Assembly: GCA_965221125.1 (NCBI GenBank)
Contig: CBDCRW010000006.1
Span: 32,001-96,000 of the forward strand
Direction of reading: 5' to 3'
Length of the DNA: 64,000 bases
DNA from: Alphaproteobacteria bacterium
GTDB taxonomy: Bacteria; Pseudomonadota; Alphaproteobacteria; UBA828
Below the pieces are notes generated by a model. It had not been told where the DNA came from. It saw only the letters and a list, made by a program, of their open reading frames with translations, and ran no database searches. Below, one piece after another: positions 10,669-22,354 of this stretch (position 1 is its first letter; each line of letters starts with the position of its first letter). A program made the translations under genes and the position numbers.

Positions 10669-11418
10669 TTGGCTGACGCGAAGGACCTAGTCCTAAAGAT
10701 CGACGCCTATGCTCCCGAGACGATGCCGATGAGTCGTCTTGCGGAGTACATGACTGACTTGGCCAAGCTCCTCGGGGAGAAGGCCAGTGTTCATTTTGTG
10801 CGTCTTGAGCCTGGGAGTACCCAACTGGTTCACCGCATTGACCACGAAGCCGTACCCAAGGTGGAAGAACGTCTGCGTCGAGTGAGGACAGGAAGTGGTC
10901 CGAGCGAAGCTCAACGCGCTGCTGCCGAAATTAACCGCCGGCTAGCTGCGGACAACGCGAGCGGTGTACTGAAGGAAAAAGCTGGATCCGAGATTATTCC
11001 GTTTCCGGGCGTACATCGTTTTGTCGAACCCGAATTCGGTCCATTCAATGAGCCTGGCTCCATAGATGGCGTAATAATCCGGGTTGGAGGACAAAGGCAG
11101 AAGGTGCCCGTACATCTTGAAACCAGGACAGGCTTTGAAACTCATTGCGAGACTACACGCGATTTAGCGAAGGAATTGGGAAAGCTCATCTACGGACCAG
11201 AAGTGCGCTGTATCGGATTTGGCCGCTGGCACCGAGACGGTACAGGCACTTGGGAAATGCGTAATTTCACAATTTCCGAGTTTTCCATATTGGATGACAG
11301 GCCGTTGGCAGAGGTAGTTGCTGAGCTTCACGCTGTAGAGGGGAGTGGTTGGCGAGAAATTGCCGACCCGTGGGCCGAGCTTTCTGACATTCGATCCGAC
11401 AGCAAGGCTCCTAAGTAG
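10669..11418 (+). CDS. Hypothetical protein, partner of PIN gene
   Basis: Long ORF (10654..11418) in AT-richer island; TTG 10669 after a G-rich RBS; no family recognised. Confidence 0.75.
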   Translation: MADAKDLVLKIDAYAPETMPMSRLAEYMTDLAKLLGEKASVHFVRLEPGSTQLVHRIDHEAVPKVEERLRRVRTGSGPSEAQRAAAEINRRLAADNASGVLKEKAGSEIIPFPGVHRFVEPEFGPFNEPGSIDGVIIRVGGQRQKVPVHLETRTGFETHCETTRDLAKELGKLIYGPEVRCIGFGRWHRDGTGTWEMRNFTISEFSILDDRPLAEVVAELHAVEGSGWREIADPWAELSDIRSDSKAPK

Positions 11419-11996
11419 TGGCACTATTTGACGCCAATATCTTGTTGCTTTTGCTGGACCCCACCTTGCCGGCGCCCCTTGATAAGGCTACCGGAAAGAC
11501 GGTGACGGACGTCGGGCGACGAATCAAATATCTGGTCAGTTTGCTACAGAAAGACCGAACAAAGATCATTATTCCGACACCCGCTCTTGCTGAGGTTCTG
11601 ACGCGAGCAGAGCGGGCGGGCGCTGACTACTTTACGATGCTGAATCGATCAGCAGCGTTCAAGATTGAACCATTTGAAACCCGCGCTGCCATCGAATTGG
11701 CTCGGATGACTGCAATGGCGCTTGCCGGCGGAGATAAACGGGAAGGCCTCGAAGCTACATGGAGCAAGATTAAGTTCGACAGACAAATTGTAGCAATCGC
11801 AAAAGTGGCTAAAGTTTCAACAGTGTATTCCGATGATGAAGACTTGGGGAGATTTGCTAAAGCCCAAGGGCTTAGTGTGATGACAGTTGGGGAATTGCCC
11901 TTGCCTCCCGAAGATGCTCAGATGACATTCGCTTGGGACGTGATTCACGAAGAGCAAGAAGCTGATGAGAATCAGCCGTACGAAGATATGAACTGA
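11418..11996 (+). CDS. PIN-domain putative ribonuclease
   Basis: FDANIL, IPTPALAEVL, FDRQIVAIA, YSDDEDL give the PIN acidic residues; GTG overlaps upstream TAG. Confidence 0.75.
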   Translation: MALFDANILLLLLDPTLPAPLDKATGKTVTDVGRRIKYLVSLLQKDRTKIIIPTPALAEVLTRAERAGADYFTMLNRSAAFKIEPFETRAAIELARMTAMALAGGDKREGLEATWSKIKFDRQIVAIAKVAKVSTVYSDDEDLGRFAKAQGLSVMTVGELPLPPEDAQMTFAWDVIHEEQEADENQPYEDMN

Positions 11997-12119
11997 GGTA
12001 TCACGTGATACCAAGCGCTTATATCTGGGGCGTCTGTCAGCAAGTAGTGCGAACAGAATAGCCATCTTTCGTTTGCAGCCGCGGCACGCACGAGCGCTGC
12101 ATCAGCCGAGGGAATCCCC

Positions 12120-13565
12120 ATGAGCGCCGATATCGGAGCCTTGTTCGACGAGCGGGATTCGCTCGAGATCGCAGCCCTGGTGAAGGCGGGCGAAGTGACG
12201 CCCAGCGAGCTTGCCGAGGAGGCGATCGGGCGCATCGAGGCGCTGAACCCGGTGCTGAACGCGGTCTCCATCCCGCTCTTCGACCATGGCCGCGAGGCCG
12301 CCGCCGACCCCGCCCTGCCCGACGGGCCGTTCAAGGGCGTGCCGTTTCTGCTCAAGGACCTCGGCACGCTGTGGGAGGGCATCCCGCTGGTCAACAGCTG
12401 CCCCTACTTCAAGGACTTCGTCTGCCCTGCCGACATGACGTACACGCGGCGGATCAAGCAGGCGGGCTTCGTGCTGCTCGGCCGCAGCAACGCGCCCGAG
12501 ATGGGCTGGTGCCTGGCCACCGAGCCCACCCTCTTCGGCCGCGCCAACAACCCCTGGAACCTGGAGCGTACGCCCGGCGGCTCCAGCGGCGGTGCGGCGG
12601 CGGCGCTGGCGGCGCGCATGGTGCCCTTCGTCGATGCGAGCGACGGCGCGGGCTCGACGCGCGTGCCGGCGTCGCATTGCGGGCTGGTGGGGCTCAAGCC
12701 CGCGCGCGGCCGGGTCACGCTCGAGCCCTACCCCGACTACTGGTACGGCGGCGCGAGCTTCCTCACCGTGACCCACACGGTGCGCGAGACCGCCGCCTAT
12801 CTCGACGCGGTCGGCGGCCGGGTGACGGGCGACGTCTACTACACGGACATGCCGGAAACTCCGTACCTGGACGAGGTGGGGCGCGAGCCCGGCACGCTCC
12901 GCATCGGCGTCACCACGGCCTCGCCGGCGGGGCTCCCCATCCACGACGAGGTGGCGCAGGCGGTGCAGGGTGCCGCGGCGCTCTGCGAGAGCCTCGGCCA
13001 CGAGGTGGAGGAGCGGGAGCTTGCCCTGGACTGGGAGCGGTTCTGGGGCGCGTACACGCGGATGACGGCGGCGGAGACGGCCTCAGGGCTAGAGGATGCG
13101 GAGGCGCTGATCGGCCGCCCGATGACGGAAGACGACGTGGCGCCTCTGATCTGGGCGATCGTCCAGAAGGGCAAGGCCATCGGCGGGCCGCAGCACTACC
13201 GCGACGTGAACGATCTCAAGCTCATCAGCCGCGCGCTGATCGCGAGCATGGCGGACTGCGACGTGCACCTGATGCCGGTGATCGGCCACCCCGCCCGCCC
13301 CCACGGCCACTATCCCATGAGCATGGGCGATATCGAGCGCTACAACGCCGACCTCATGGGGCCGGATGCGGTGTTCACGGCGCCGTTCAACGCTTCCGGC
13401 CTGCCTGGCATGTCGCTGCCGCTGCACGTGACGGCCGACGGCCTGCCGGTGGGCGTGCAGCTCGTCGGCCGCGAGTGCGACGAGCGCACCCTCTTTCGCC
13501 TCGCCGGCCAGCTCGAGGCCGCGAAGCCCTGGAAGCACCGCCGCCCGCCAATTCTCGCCGGCTAG
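12120..13565 (+). CDS. Amidase signature family enzyme
   Basis: [32 protein letters not shown]. Confidence 0.92.
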   Translation: MSADIGALFDERDSLEIAALVKAGEVTPSELAEEAIGRIEALNPVLNAVSIPLFDHGREAAADPALPDGPFKGVPFLLKDLGTLWEGIPLVNSCPYFKDFVCPADMTYTRRIKQAGFVLLGRSNAPEMGWCLATEPTLFGRANNPWNLERTPGGSSGGAAAALAARMVPFVDASDGAGSTRVPASHCGLVGLKPARGRVTLEPYPDYWYGGASFLTVTHTVRETAAYLDAVGGRVTGDVYYTDMPETPYLDEVGREPGTLRIGVTTASPAGLPIHDEVAQAVQGAAALCESLGHEVEERELALDWERFWGAYTRMTAAETASGLEDAEALIGRPMTEDDVAPLIWAIVQKGKAIGGPQHYRDVNDLKLISRALIASMADCDVHLMPVIGHPARPHGHYPMSMGDIERYNADLMGPDAVFTAPFNASGLPGMSLPLHVTADGLPVGVQLVGRECDERTLFRLAGQLEAAKPWKHRRPPILAG

Positions 13566-13592
13566 AGCGTTTCCGCACGAAGCGGGAGGGAC

Positions 13593-14732
13593 CTAGTCCT
13601 TCAGGTCCTCCCACAACTCCTTCACCTTTGAGAAGAAGCCCTCCGCCTCGGGGCTGGTGGGGCGGGAGCCGCCGTGGTCGTCGAACTGCTTGAGCAGCTC
13701 CTTCTGCCGCTTGGTGAGGTTGACCGGCGTCTCGACCGCGACCTCGATGTACATGTCGCCGTGGCCGGCGCCCCGCAGCGCCGGCATGCCCTTGCCGCGC
13801 AGGCGGAACTGATGCCCTGACTGTGTGCCGGCCGGCACCGTGACGCGCGCGCGGCTGCCGCCGACGGTGGGCACCTCAACCGCGCCGCCCAGCGTCGCCG
13901 TCGTCATCGGGATCGGCACGCGGCAGTGAATGTGCATCGCGTCCCGCTGGAAGATGTGGTGCGGCTTGAGCGAGAGGAAGATGTAGAGATCGCCCGGTGG
14001 GGCGCCGCGCGCGCCGGCCTCGCCCTCGCCGGCCAAGCGGATGCGGGTGCCGTCCTCGACGCCGGACGGGATGTTCACCGCGAGCGATTTCTCCTTCTGC
14101 ACACGGCCCGCGCCGCGGCACTCGGGGCAGGGATCGGCGATGACCTGGCCCGCGCCTTGGCAGGTGGGGCAGGTCCGCTCGACGGTGAAGAAGCCCTGCT
14201 GCGCCCGCACTTTGCCCACGCCGCCGCAGGTGCCGCACGCGGTGGGCCGCGTGCCCGCGCGGGCGCCGGAGCCGTTGCAGGCCTCGCAGCTCACCGTGCC
14301 GGGGACGCGTATCGTCGCCTGCTTGCCGGAGAAGGCGTCCTCCAGCGAGATCTCCATGTTGTAGCGGAGATCGGCGCCGCGCGGCGGCTGCCGCCGGCCG
14401 CCGCGCCTCGCGCCGCCGCCCATGAACTCCCCGAACAGATCGTCGAAGACGTCGGCGAAGCTGGTGCCGAAGTCGAAGCCGGCCGCGCCGGGGCCGCCGC
14501 TCGCGCCATCGAACGCGGCGTGGCCGAAGCGGTCGTAGGCCGCGCGCTTCTCCTTGTCGGAGAGCACGTGGTAGGCCTCGGAGATCTCCTTGAACTTCTG
14601 CTCGGCGACCTTGTCGTCCGGGTTGCGGTCCGGATGGTATTGCATCGCGAGCTTGCGATAGGCCTTCTTAAGGTCGTCCTCGCTGGCATCGCGGGAGGCG
14701 CCGAGAAGGTCGTAATAGTCGGCCTTGGCCAT
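13593..14732 (-). CDS. dnaJ: Chaperone DnaJ
   Basis: J domain HPD, G/F region, four CxxCxGxG repeats. Confidence 0.98.
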   Translation of the reverse strand: MAKADYYDLLGASRDASEDDLKKAYRKLAMQYHPDRNPDDKVAEQKFKEISEAYHVLSDKEKRAAYDRFGHAAFDGASGGPGAAGFDFGTSFADVFDDLFGEFMGGGARRGGRRQPPRGADLRYNMEISLEDAFSGKQATIRVPGTVSCEACNGSGARAGTRPTACGTCGGVGKVRAQQGFFTVERTCPTCQGAGQVIADPCPECRGAGRVQKEKSLAVNIPSGVEDGTRIRLAGEGEAGARGAPPGDLYIFLSLKPHHIFQRDAMHIHCRVPIPMTTATLGGAVEVPTVGGSRARVTVPAGTQSGHQFRLRGKGMPALRGAGHGDMYIEVAVETPVNLTKRQKELLKQFDDHGGSRPTSPEAEGFFSKVKELWEDLKD

Positions 14733-14812
14733 GGCTCAGCGGCCCGTCGCGGCCCGAAGTGCGGGCAGGCGGCAGTCGTCGCTTTGCAGGGGCACGGGTG
14801 GCGCCCGCCGGC

Positions 14813-16762
<1,950 letters not shown>

Positions 16763-16892
16763 GTCTCGTCCCTATCGTCAGCAGGCCCGAGCGACCACAT
16801 CATGCATCGCGTCGAGCCCCGGTGTCCCTCACCCCACGCCTGGCGACCGTGGGGCCTCCCTCGCGGCGGTCGCCCGCCGCGCTCAAGCCTCA

Positions 16893-16920
16893 ATATGGGT
16901 GCGGATTCGCGCGCTGCAAG
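16893..16920 (-). promoter_or_regulatory. Putative RpoH (sigma32) promoter of dnaK
   Basis: Minus strand CTTG-N17-CCCATAT in the grpE-dnaK spacer. Confidence 0.65.
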
Positions 16921-16935
16921 CGCCCCGTGCAGCGC

Positions 16936-17664
16936 TCACGCAGGCTCATCCGCCGGCGTATCGGCGCCCTCCGCCCCGGTTTCGGCCTCGTCGTCATCGC
17001 CGCCGTCGGCCGGCGCCGAGCCGCCCTTGGCCACGCCGACCATCGCCTCGCGCAGCAGCCGGTCGCCGATCCTGTAGCCGGTCTGCAGCACCTGGACCAC
17101 CGTGCCGTCCGGCTGGTCCGTCTGATCGGTCTCGAACAGCGCCTGGTGGAGGTTGTAGTCGAACTTCTCGCCCAGCGGGTCGATCCTGGTGATGCCGTGG
17201 CGTCCCAGCGCCGCCTCGAACTCCCGCACCGTCATCTCGATGCCGTCGGCGATCGCCTTCACCGCCTCGTCACTCTCGCGCCGCTCGGCGGGGATGCTGT
17301 CCAGCGCGCGGCCCAGATTGTCGCCCACGCCGAGCAGATCCTGGGCGAAGCGCGAGATCGCGTAGGCCCGTGCGTCGTCCACGTCCTTCTTCGCCCGCCT
17401 GCGCGCGTTCTCCGCATCGGCCAGCGCGCGAAGCAACTGGTCCCTGAGCGCCTCGTCGCCGCCCTCTTCCTCGTCCTCGTCGGCGTAATCGCCTTCTTCG
17501 GCCTCGGCAGCGTCGTCTCCGCCGTTATCGTCCGCCTGGGCGTCAGCGGCACCAGCGTCCTTGTCCTCGGCGTCGCCCGTTCCCGCCGCCCGCTCCGCGT
17601 CGCTCTGTTCCGCAGCCGCGGGAGCTTCCGCGTCCGGCTCGGCCCGTTCCGTCTCGTCCTGCAT
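16936..17664 (-). CDS. grpE: Nucleotide exchange factor GrpE
   Basis: LRALADAENARRR, FDYNLHQA, GYRIGDRLLREAMVGV; AAGGAG before ATG 17664 (alternative 17718). Confidence 0.95.
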   Translation of the reverse strand: MQDETERAEPDAEAPAAAEQSDAERAAGTGDAEDKDAGAADAQADDNGGDDAAEAEEGDYADEDEEEGGDEALRDQLLRALADAENARRRAKKDVDDARAYAISRFAQDLLGVGDNLGRALDSIPAERRESDEAVKAIADGIEMTVREFEAALGRHGITRIDPLGEKFDYNLHQALFETDQTDQPDGTVVQVLQTGYRIGDRLLREAMVGVAKGGSAPADGGDDDEAETGAEGADTPADEPA

Positions 17665-17726
17665 CGTCTCCTTCGTTCCCTTTTTCGGCCCCCAGCCCCG
17701 CCGCTCCGATTTCGCCATGCCGCCGC

Positions 17727-18764
17727 TCACCCCAGCACCCGGCCGATGATCGCGGCGGTGTGATCGACCATCGGGATGATGCGGCCGTAGTTGATCCGGG
17801 TCGGCCCGATCACGCCAATGGCGCCGATGAAGCGGGCTTCGGAATCGCGGTATGGGGCGACCACCATGGAGCACCCGGTGGAGGCGAAGAGCGTGCTCTC
17901 CGCCCCGATGAAGATCTGGACCCCTTCCGCGTCCTCGGTGCTTTCCAGCAGGCGGATGAAGTCGTTCCGCTCGTCCAGGGCGTCGAACAGCTGGCGGATG
18001 CGCTCGAGGTCGGCGAGCGCCGTGACATCCTCGATGAGGTTGGCCCGGCCGCGCACGATGAGGCTGCCGTGATCACGCGCCTCGTTCGCCCATTCGGCGA
18101 TTCCGGCCTCGACGACGCGGGCGGTGAGATCGTCGAGCTGGGCCCGGTGGTCCTCGATCTCCGCGCCGATCTCGTCCCTGAGCTCGGCGAGCGTGCGCCC
18201 GGCGAGCCGCGCGTTCAGGTAGTTGGTGGCGCGGCTCAGGTGCGACTGCGTCATGCCCGTCGGCACGTCGATGACGCGGTTCTCGACGAGCCCGGCCTCG
18301 GTCACCATGACCGCGAGCGCGCGGCCGTGGCTGAGGCTCACGAACTCGACCTGGCGGCACGGCACGTCGGCCTTGGGCGCGAGCACCAGCCCGGCGCAGC
18401 CGGAAAGCCCGGAGAGCGCTTCCGTGGTCTCGGTCAGCATCTCCTCGACCGTGCGTCCCGCCGCGCGGCACTTGCCCTCGATGCTGGCGCGCTCCTCCTC
18501 GGTGAGGCGCCCCAGCTCGAGCAGCCCGTCCACGTAGATCCGCAGGCCCAGTTGGGTCGGCAGCCGGCCCGCCGAGACATGGGGCGAGTAGAGCAGGCCG
18601 GCGTCCTCCAGGTCGGCCATGACGTTCCGCACCGTGGCGGGCGACACCGGGGTCGAGAGCCGGCGCGAGAGCGTGCGTGAGCCCACCGGCTGCCCGGTCT
18701 CCATGAATTCTTCCACCAGGCGGCGGAGAACCTCCCGCGAGCGATCCGTCAGTTCGCGCAGCAC
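17727..18764 (-). CDS. hrcA: Heat-inducible transcription repressor HrcA
   Basis: PVGSRTL, SPATVRNVMADLE, PHVSAGRLPT, GVIGPTRINY; GTG start 18764. Confidence 0.96.
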   Translation of the reverse strand: MLRELTDRSREVLRRLVEEFMETGQPVGSRTLSRRLSTPVSPATVRNVMADLEDAGLLYSPHVSAGRLPTQLGLRIYVDGLLELGRLTEEERASIEGKCRAAGRTVEEMLTETTEALSGLSGCAGLVLAPKADVPCRQVEFVSLSHGRALAVMVTEAGLVENRVIDVPTGMTQSHLSRATNYLNARLAGRTLAELRDEIGAEIEDHRAQLDDLTARVVEAGIAEWANEARDHGSLIVRGRANLIEDVTALADLERIRQLFDALDERNDFIRLLESTEDAEGVQIFIGAESTLFASTGCSMVVAPYRDSEARFIGAIGVIGPTRINYGRIIPMVDHTAAIIGRVLG

Positions 18765-19017
18765 CGTGCGATCCCGTCCTGTGATGGGCGGCCTGAATGT
18801 AGTGAGCGCCCCCTGGAGCGTCAACGCCGGCCCCGGCAAAGAAATCAGCATCTCCGAGAGGGGAACGGGAGCATCCGCACGGTGCAGACTGCCGCAGGAC
18901 ACCCGAGGCATGGCGGCATGCACTGACGGCATGCCTACCCGACTTTCAGGCCCGCCATGACCGAGTTCAGAGAGATATGAGACGGGCCCCTTGAAGTGGG
19001 GGTGGGGGTCTCCGAGG

Positions 19018-21107
19018 CAGGAACATTTTTTAGTCATGGCTGAGAGGGCGGGATGACCGAGAGCGGGCAGGCTTGGGCCGATGAAGGTCCTGGCCGAGCT
19101 TGGCTGGGCGGCTGCATGGGGTCCGCGGGGGCCGGTAGGGCTCGGTTTTCGGGCTCGCCGGGCAAAGCGATCCCGCCGCGCCGTTCGACGGCGCGTCCCG
19201 TCGCGCTCTGCGACGCGGTTACGCCCGCAGGATCATGCAGCGGGCGCGATCAGGATCGCGTCGAGAGCCTCCTGGGCGCGGGCGGCATAATGCCGGTTGG
19301 CCTCGGGCAGGAAGCGGAAGCGCCCGTCGCAGCGCACGATGGCGATGGCCGCGTTGGTCAGGCAGGAGAGATTGCGCGGCAGGTGGCGCACGTACGCCCG
19401 GCAGCGGTCTTCGTCATAGGTGAAGTCGCGCACGTAGTGCAGCCGGTTCTCGATGTGCCAGTGATTGCGGACCAGAGCCAGAAGCTCCTCGGGCCCGGCG
19501 CGGTCTGCGCCGAGCGAGGTCAGGCTCCAGGTCACCTCGACGCTGCGCTCGCCGGTCTTGAGGATCTCGCGCTCGCGTTCGATGCGCATCGCCTGGCGGC
19601 GTCCGTGAAGGTTGGCGTAGCCGTCCCATTCGGCAGCGGAGAGGTCGACGACGGCGCAGCGGCGGCGCTCGATGCGGCCATGGCCCTTGTCGACGGTTTC
19701 GTGCCAGGGCGCGTCGGAGAAGTCGATCGCCTTGAGGTCTTCGAGGATGGTCTCCTGATTGTCCTTCACCGCGGTGACCACGTAGTCGGCGCGACGCCCG
19801 AGCAGGCAGCGCGCGGTCTCGTGCTGGGCGTGCATCGCATCGAGGGTGACGGTCCGGCCTGCGAGGTCGAGACTGCTGGAGAGTTCGCGCACGGCGGGGA
19901 TCTCGTTGCTCTTTCTATCGACCTCGACCTGTCCCAGGACCATGCCGGTCTTGTGCACCAGCGCCGCGACCATCATGCGCCGCCCGTCTTCGGTCTGCTT
20001 CGAGGCGCCGCGCAGGTCCTTTCCGTCCATGGCGACCGGGGCGTGCGCGCCGTCGTGCTGGCCGGTCCACCGGCCGATGGCGTTGTCCAGCGTCTCCGGC
20101 GGCAGGGCGGCGAGGATGTTGTGGAAGGTGGTGATCGCGGGCGCGGTGTAGCGCTTCTTCGAAGGGCTCCAGAACGCGCCGACCGCCTCGAGCTGCTCCT
20201 GCGAGAGCAGGGCGGCGAACTGGGCGAAGGCTGTCGAGCCCCGGTAGCCGGCAAGGCGGGCGGCGACGGCAACCGCCAGCACGGTCTTCAAGGGATAGCG
20301 CTTGCCCCGGGCATGGCGGCACTCGGGCACCTCGCCCAGGCACTCGAACAGGCTGCGCAGCCGGGGCGCCGTCATCGGCTCGCTGTGTTGCTCGGCGTTC
20401 CAGTTCGCCGGGATCTCGGCCCGGCTCAGCGCTTCGGCGGCGCCATCGCTAAGTTCGAACACGAAGACCTCCTTGGGCTGGCCGTGGTGGCGCCAGCGCG
20501 GAGCAGCTCCGGGGTCACGGGCAAAGCCGCGCGTCATCCCCAGCGAGCGCCAGTTCGACGCGCGGTAGCAGGTGCCGGCGAAGCGCGCGGGATCGACGAA
20601 GGTCTCGGCCAGGAGCGCCGGGTATCCATGCACCGCCTGGGTGTCCGCAGACAGCCGCCGCAGGCTCAGCCCCAGAACCCGCGAGGCCAGGTTGGGAACC
20701 CGCTCAGGCGTCAGGATCACGAAGCGCGAGTTGTTCGCGATCAGATGCAGGCGCCGGAACTGCTGCTCCGCCGACCAGCCGATCCAGCGGTCGCGCGCGG
20801 CCAGCTTGAACGCGCCCGGCTGCCAGCCGATCAGGGCGAGCCAGGTCTCGCCATGCACCGCGACATGGCGCAGCCCCTTGCCGACGACGCCGTGGAATCG
20901 CAGGTAGTGGTGCTCCTCCACCAGCCGGTCCCAGCGCCGGTGCTCCCGCGCGCCCCAGGTCGGGCGCACCGTGACCGCACGCAGATCAATGGACGAATCC
21001 AGGCCCGGCAACGTCGCCATGGCCGCTACACTGCCACAGCGAAAACGAAATGACCAGCGCCGCGATCACCTCACGCCGCTCGCCGGGCGGACAAAAAACG
21101 AGCCCTG
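19018..21107 (-). mobile_element. ISAs1-family insertion sequence
   Basis: 10 bp duplication GTCTCCGAGG at 19008-19017 and 21108-21117; imperfect CAGG..TTTTTT terminal inverted repeats. Confidence 0.88.
19233..21020 (-). CDS. ISAs1 transposase with N-terminal DUF4338 (DruA-like) domain
   Basis: C-terminal DGKDLRG, KSNEIPA, TLDAMHAQ, HGRIERR, HWHIENRLHYVRD; N-terminal HHYL, RDRWIGW, NNSRF, NLASRVL, ETFVD, GTCYRASNW. Confidence 0.88.
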   Translation of the reverse strand: MATLPGLDSSIDLRAVTVRPTWGAREHRRWDRLVEEHHYLRFHGVVGKGLRHVAVHGETWLALIGWQPGAFKLAARDRWIGWSAEQQFRRLHLIANNSRFVILTPERVPNLASRVLGLSLRRLSADTQAVHGYPALLAETFVDPARFAGTCYRASNWRSLGMTRGFARDPGAAPRWRHHGQPKEVFVFELSDGAAEALSRAEIPANWNAEQHSEPMTAPRLRSLFECLGEVPECRHARGKRYPLKTVLAVAVAARLAGYRGSTAFAQFAALLSQEQLEAVGAFWSPSKKRYTAPAITTFHNILAALPPETLDNAIGRWTGQHDGAHAPVAMDGKDLRGASKQTEDGRRMMVAALVHKTGMVLGQVEVDRKSNEIPAVRELSSSLDLAGRTVTLDAMHAQHETARCLLGRRADYVVTAVKDNQETILEDLKAIDFSDAPWHETVDKGHGRIERRRCAVVDLSAAEWDGYANLHGRRQAMRIEREREILKTGERSVEVTWSLTSLGADRAGPEELLALVRNHWHIENRLHYVRDFTYDEDRCRAYVRHLPRNLSCLTNAAIAIVRCDGRFRFLPEANRHYAARAQEALDAILIAPAA

Positions 21108-21155
21108 GTCTCCGAGGCTGTTGGTGCGAACCGAAGCAGCCTGAAGGAGGCCCCC

Positions 21156-21304
21156 ATGCAGGTCAGAAGCCTGCCCCGCCATGTTATCCGAAACGCGATG
21201 GTCGGGTCGCGCCTGATCGGCGCGGAGCCCCCCGACAGCGCAGCGGCGATCAGGCGCGATGCGCTTATGCGTTGGCAGCAGGCCCGAGCGCGGGGACTGA
21301 GTGC
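21156..21304 (+). pseudogene. 5' fragment of the interrupted IS481-like transposase
   Basis: AAGGAGG then ATG 21156; frame joins the 25926-26801 fragment across the AGTGC duplication. Confidence 0.8.
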
Positions 21305-21673
21305 TGTTGTTTTCCGGTCTAGCCGGATAGAAGCACGGGTTTTTTTCTCACTTTGATTGGTTGGTGGATTTCCCGGGATGGTGGCCGAGTGCGGGAAGGA
21401 CGCTGCCTGCGGCATTTTTTTGATCCTCAGCAGAATCCTCATTGCTGTTGAAGCTGTGGAGCGGTGGGCGCGAGATCGGCGAGTGTGGTCAGGCGGTGGG
21501 CAAGCGCCAGCTTGTCCACGGGCTGTCCACACGGTCCGCAGGACGCCGATCGGTCCGCAGGACGCGTCCACGGCTCCACAGCTTGGCGGCGGCGGGGAGC
21601 GTCCGTAATCTTGGCCTCTCACTGAACGACAAAGAGAGGCCCGGGGGACGGAACTCCCGCCGGGCCAGGGCCG

Positions 21674-22309
21674 GTGCAGCTTCGCTACGAAACGGGGCTC
21701 ACCAGCGAGGAATACGTTAAGACCGAGGCGTGGCGCGACGCAAGGCTTGAGCGCTGCCCGAATCACCCGCACGGCGGATGTTCTGTGGCAAGCCACGGCA
21801 CCTACGAGCGGAAGACCCCGCCCGGCGCAAGGGTTCCTCGCTGGTATTGCCGTGAGAGCCATACGACCATCGGCCTGCTGGCCGACTGTCTGGCGGCGCG
21901 GCTGCCGGGCACGCTCGATGCGCTGGAAGCGGTTGTTGTCGTGGCGGAGGAGGCCGGCAGCCTGGAGGAGGCAGCGGACGAGGTGCGCTGCCCCGAGGAC
22001 GAGGACGCCATCGAGCTTCCCGGCGCCGTGCGTTGGATCCGCCGCAGGCTGAAGCTTGTGCACGACGCGCTTGTGCGCGTCATCGGCCTGATCCCCGACC
22101 TGCTCGCGGGCTGCGCGCCCACCATGAGCGCGGTGCGCGAGCGTCTGAAGAGCGACAGCGCGTTGATGGAACTGCGCGGCCTGGTCGCCGGGCAGCTCCG
22201 GACGCTACCCGCGCCTCTGGGCTTCCAACCCCACGGCATCGACGTGGGGAATCGCAAACCGCAGTTCCAACAACGGGCGGGGCCGGACCCGCCGCCGGAG
22301 AGTTCGTAG
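21674..22309 (+). CDS. Transposon accessory protein with putative Zn-binding N-terminus
   Basis: CPNHPHGGC..HGTYERK..RWYCRESH; first gene of the element operon. Confidence 0.65.
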   Translation: MQLRYETGLTSEEYVKTEAWRDARLERCPNHPHGGCSVASHGTYERKTPPGARVPRWYCRESHTTIGLLADCLAARLPGTLDALEAVVVVAEEAGSLEEAADEVRCPEDEDAIELPGAVRWIRRRLKLVHDALVRVIGLIPDLLAGCAPTMSAVRERLKSDSALMELRGLVAGQLRTLPAPLGFQPHGIDVGNRKPQFQQRAGPDPPPESS

Positions 22310-22354
22310 CGTGACGATCCCGGGGCCAGGGAGTCCCTGAACGAGGATCGCACC

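Noticed and set aside
19233-21020. Druantia defence system
   Set aside because: Only a DUF4338-like domain fused to a transposase; no DruE or other Dru genes.
19053-21053. 666 aa plus-strand ORF
   Set aside because: Antisense shadow of the ISAs1 transposase.
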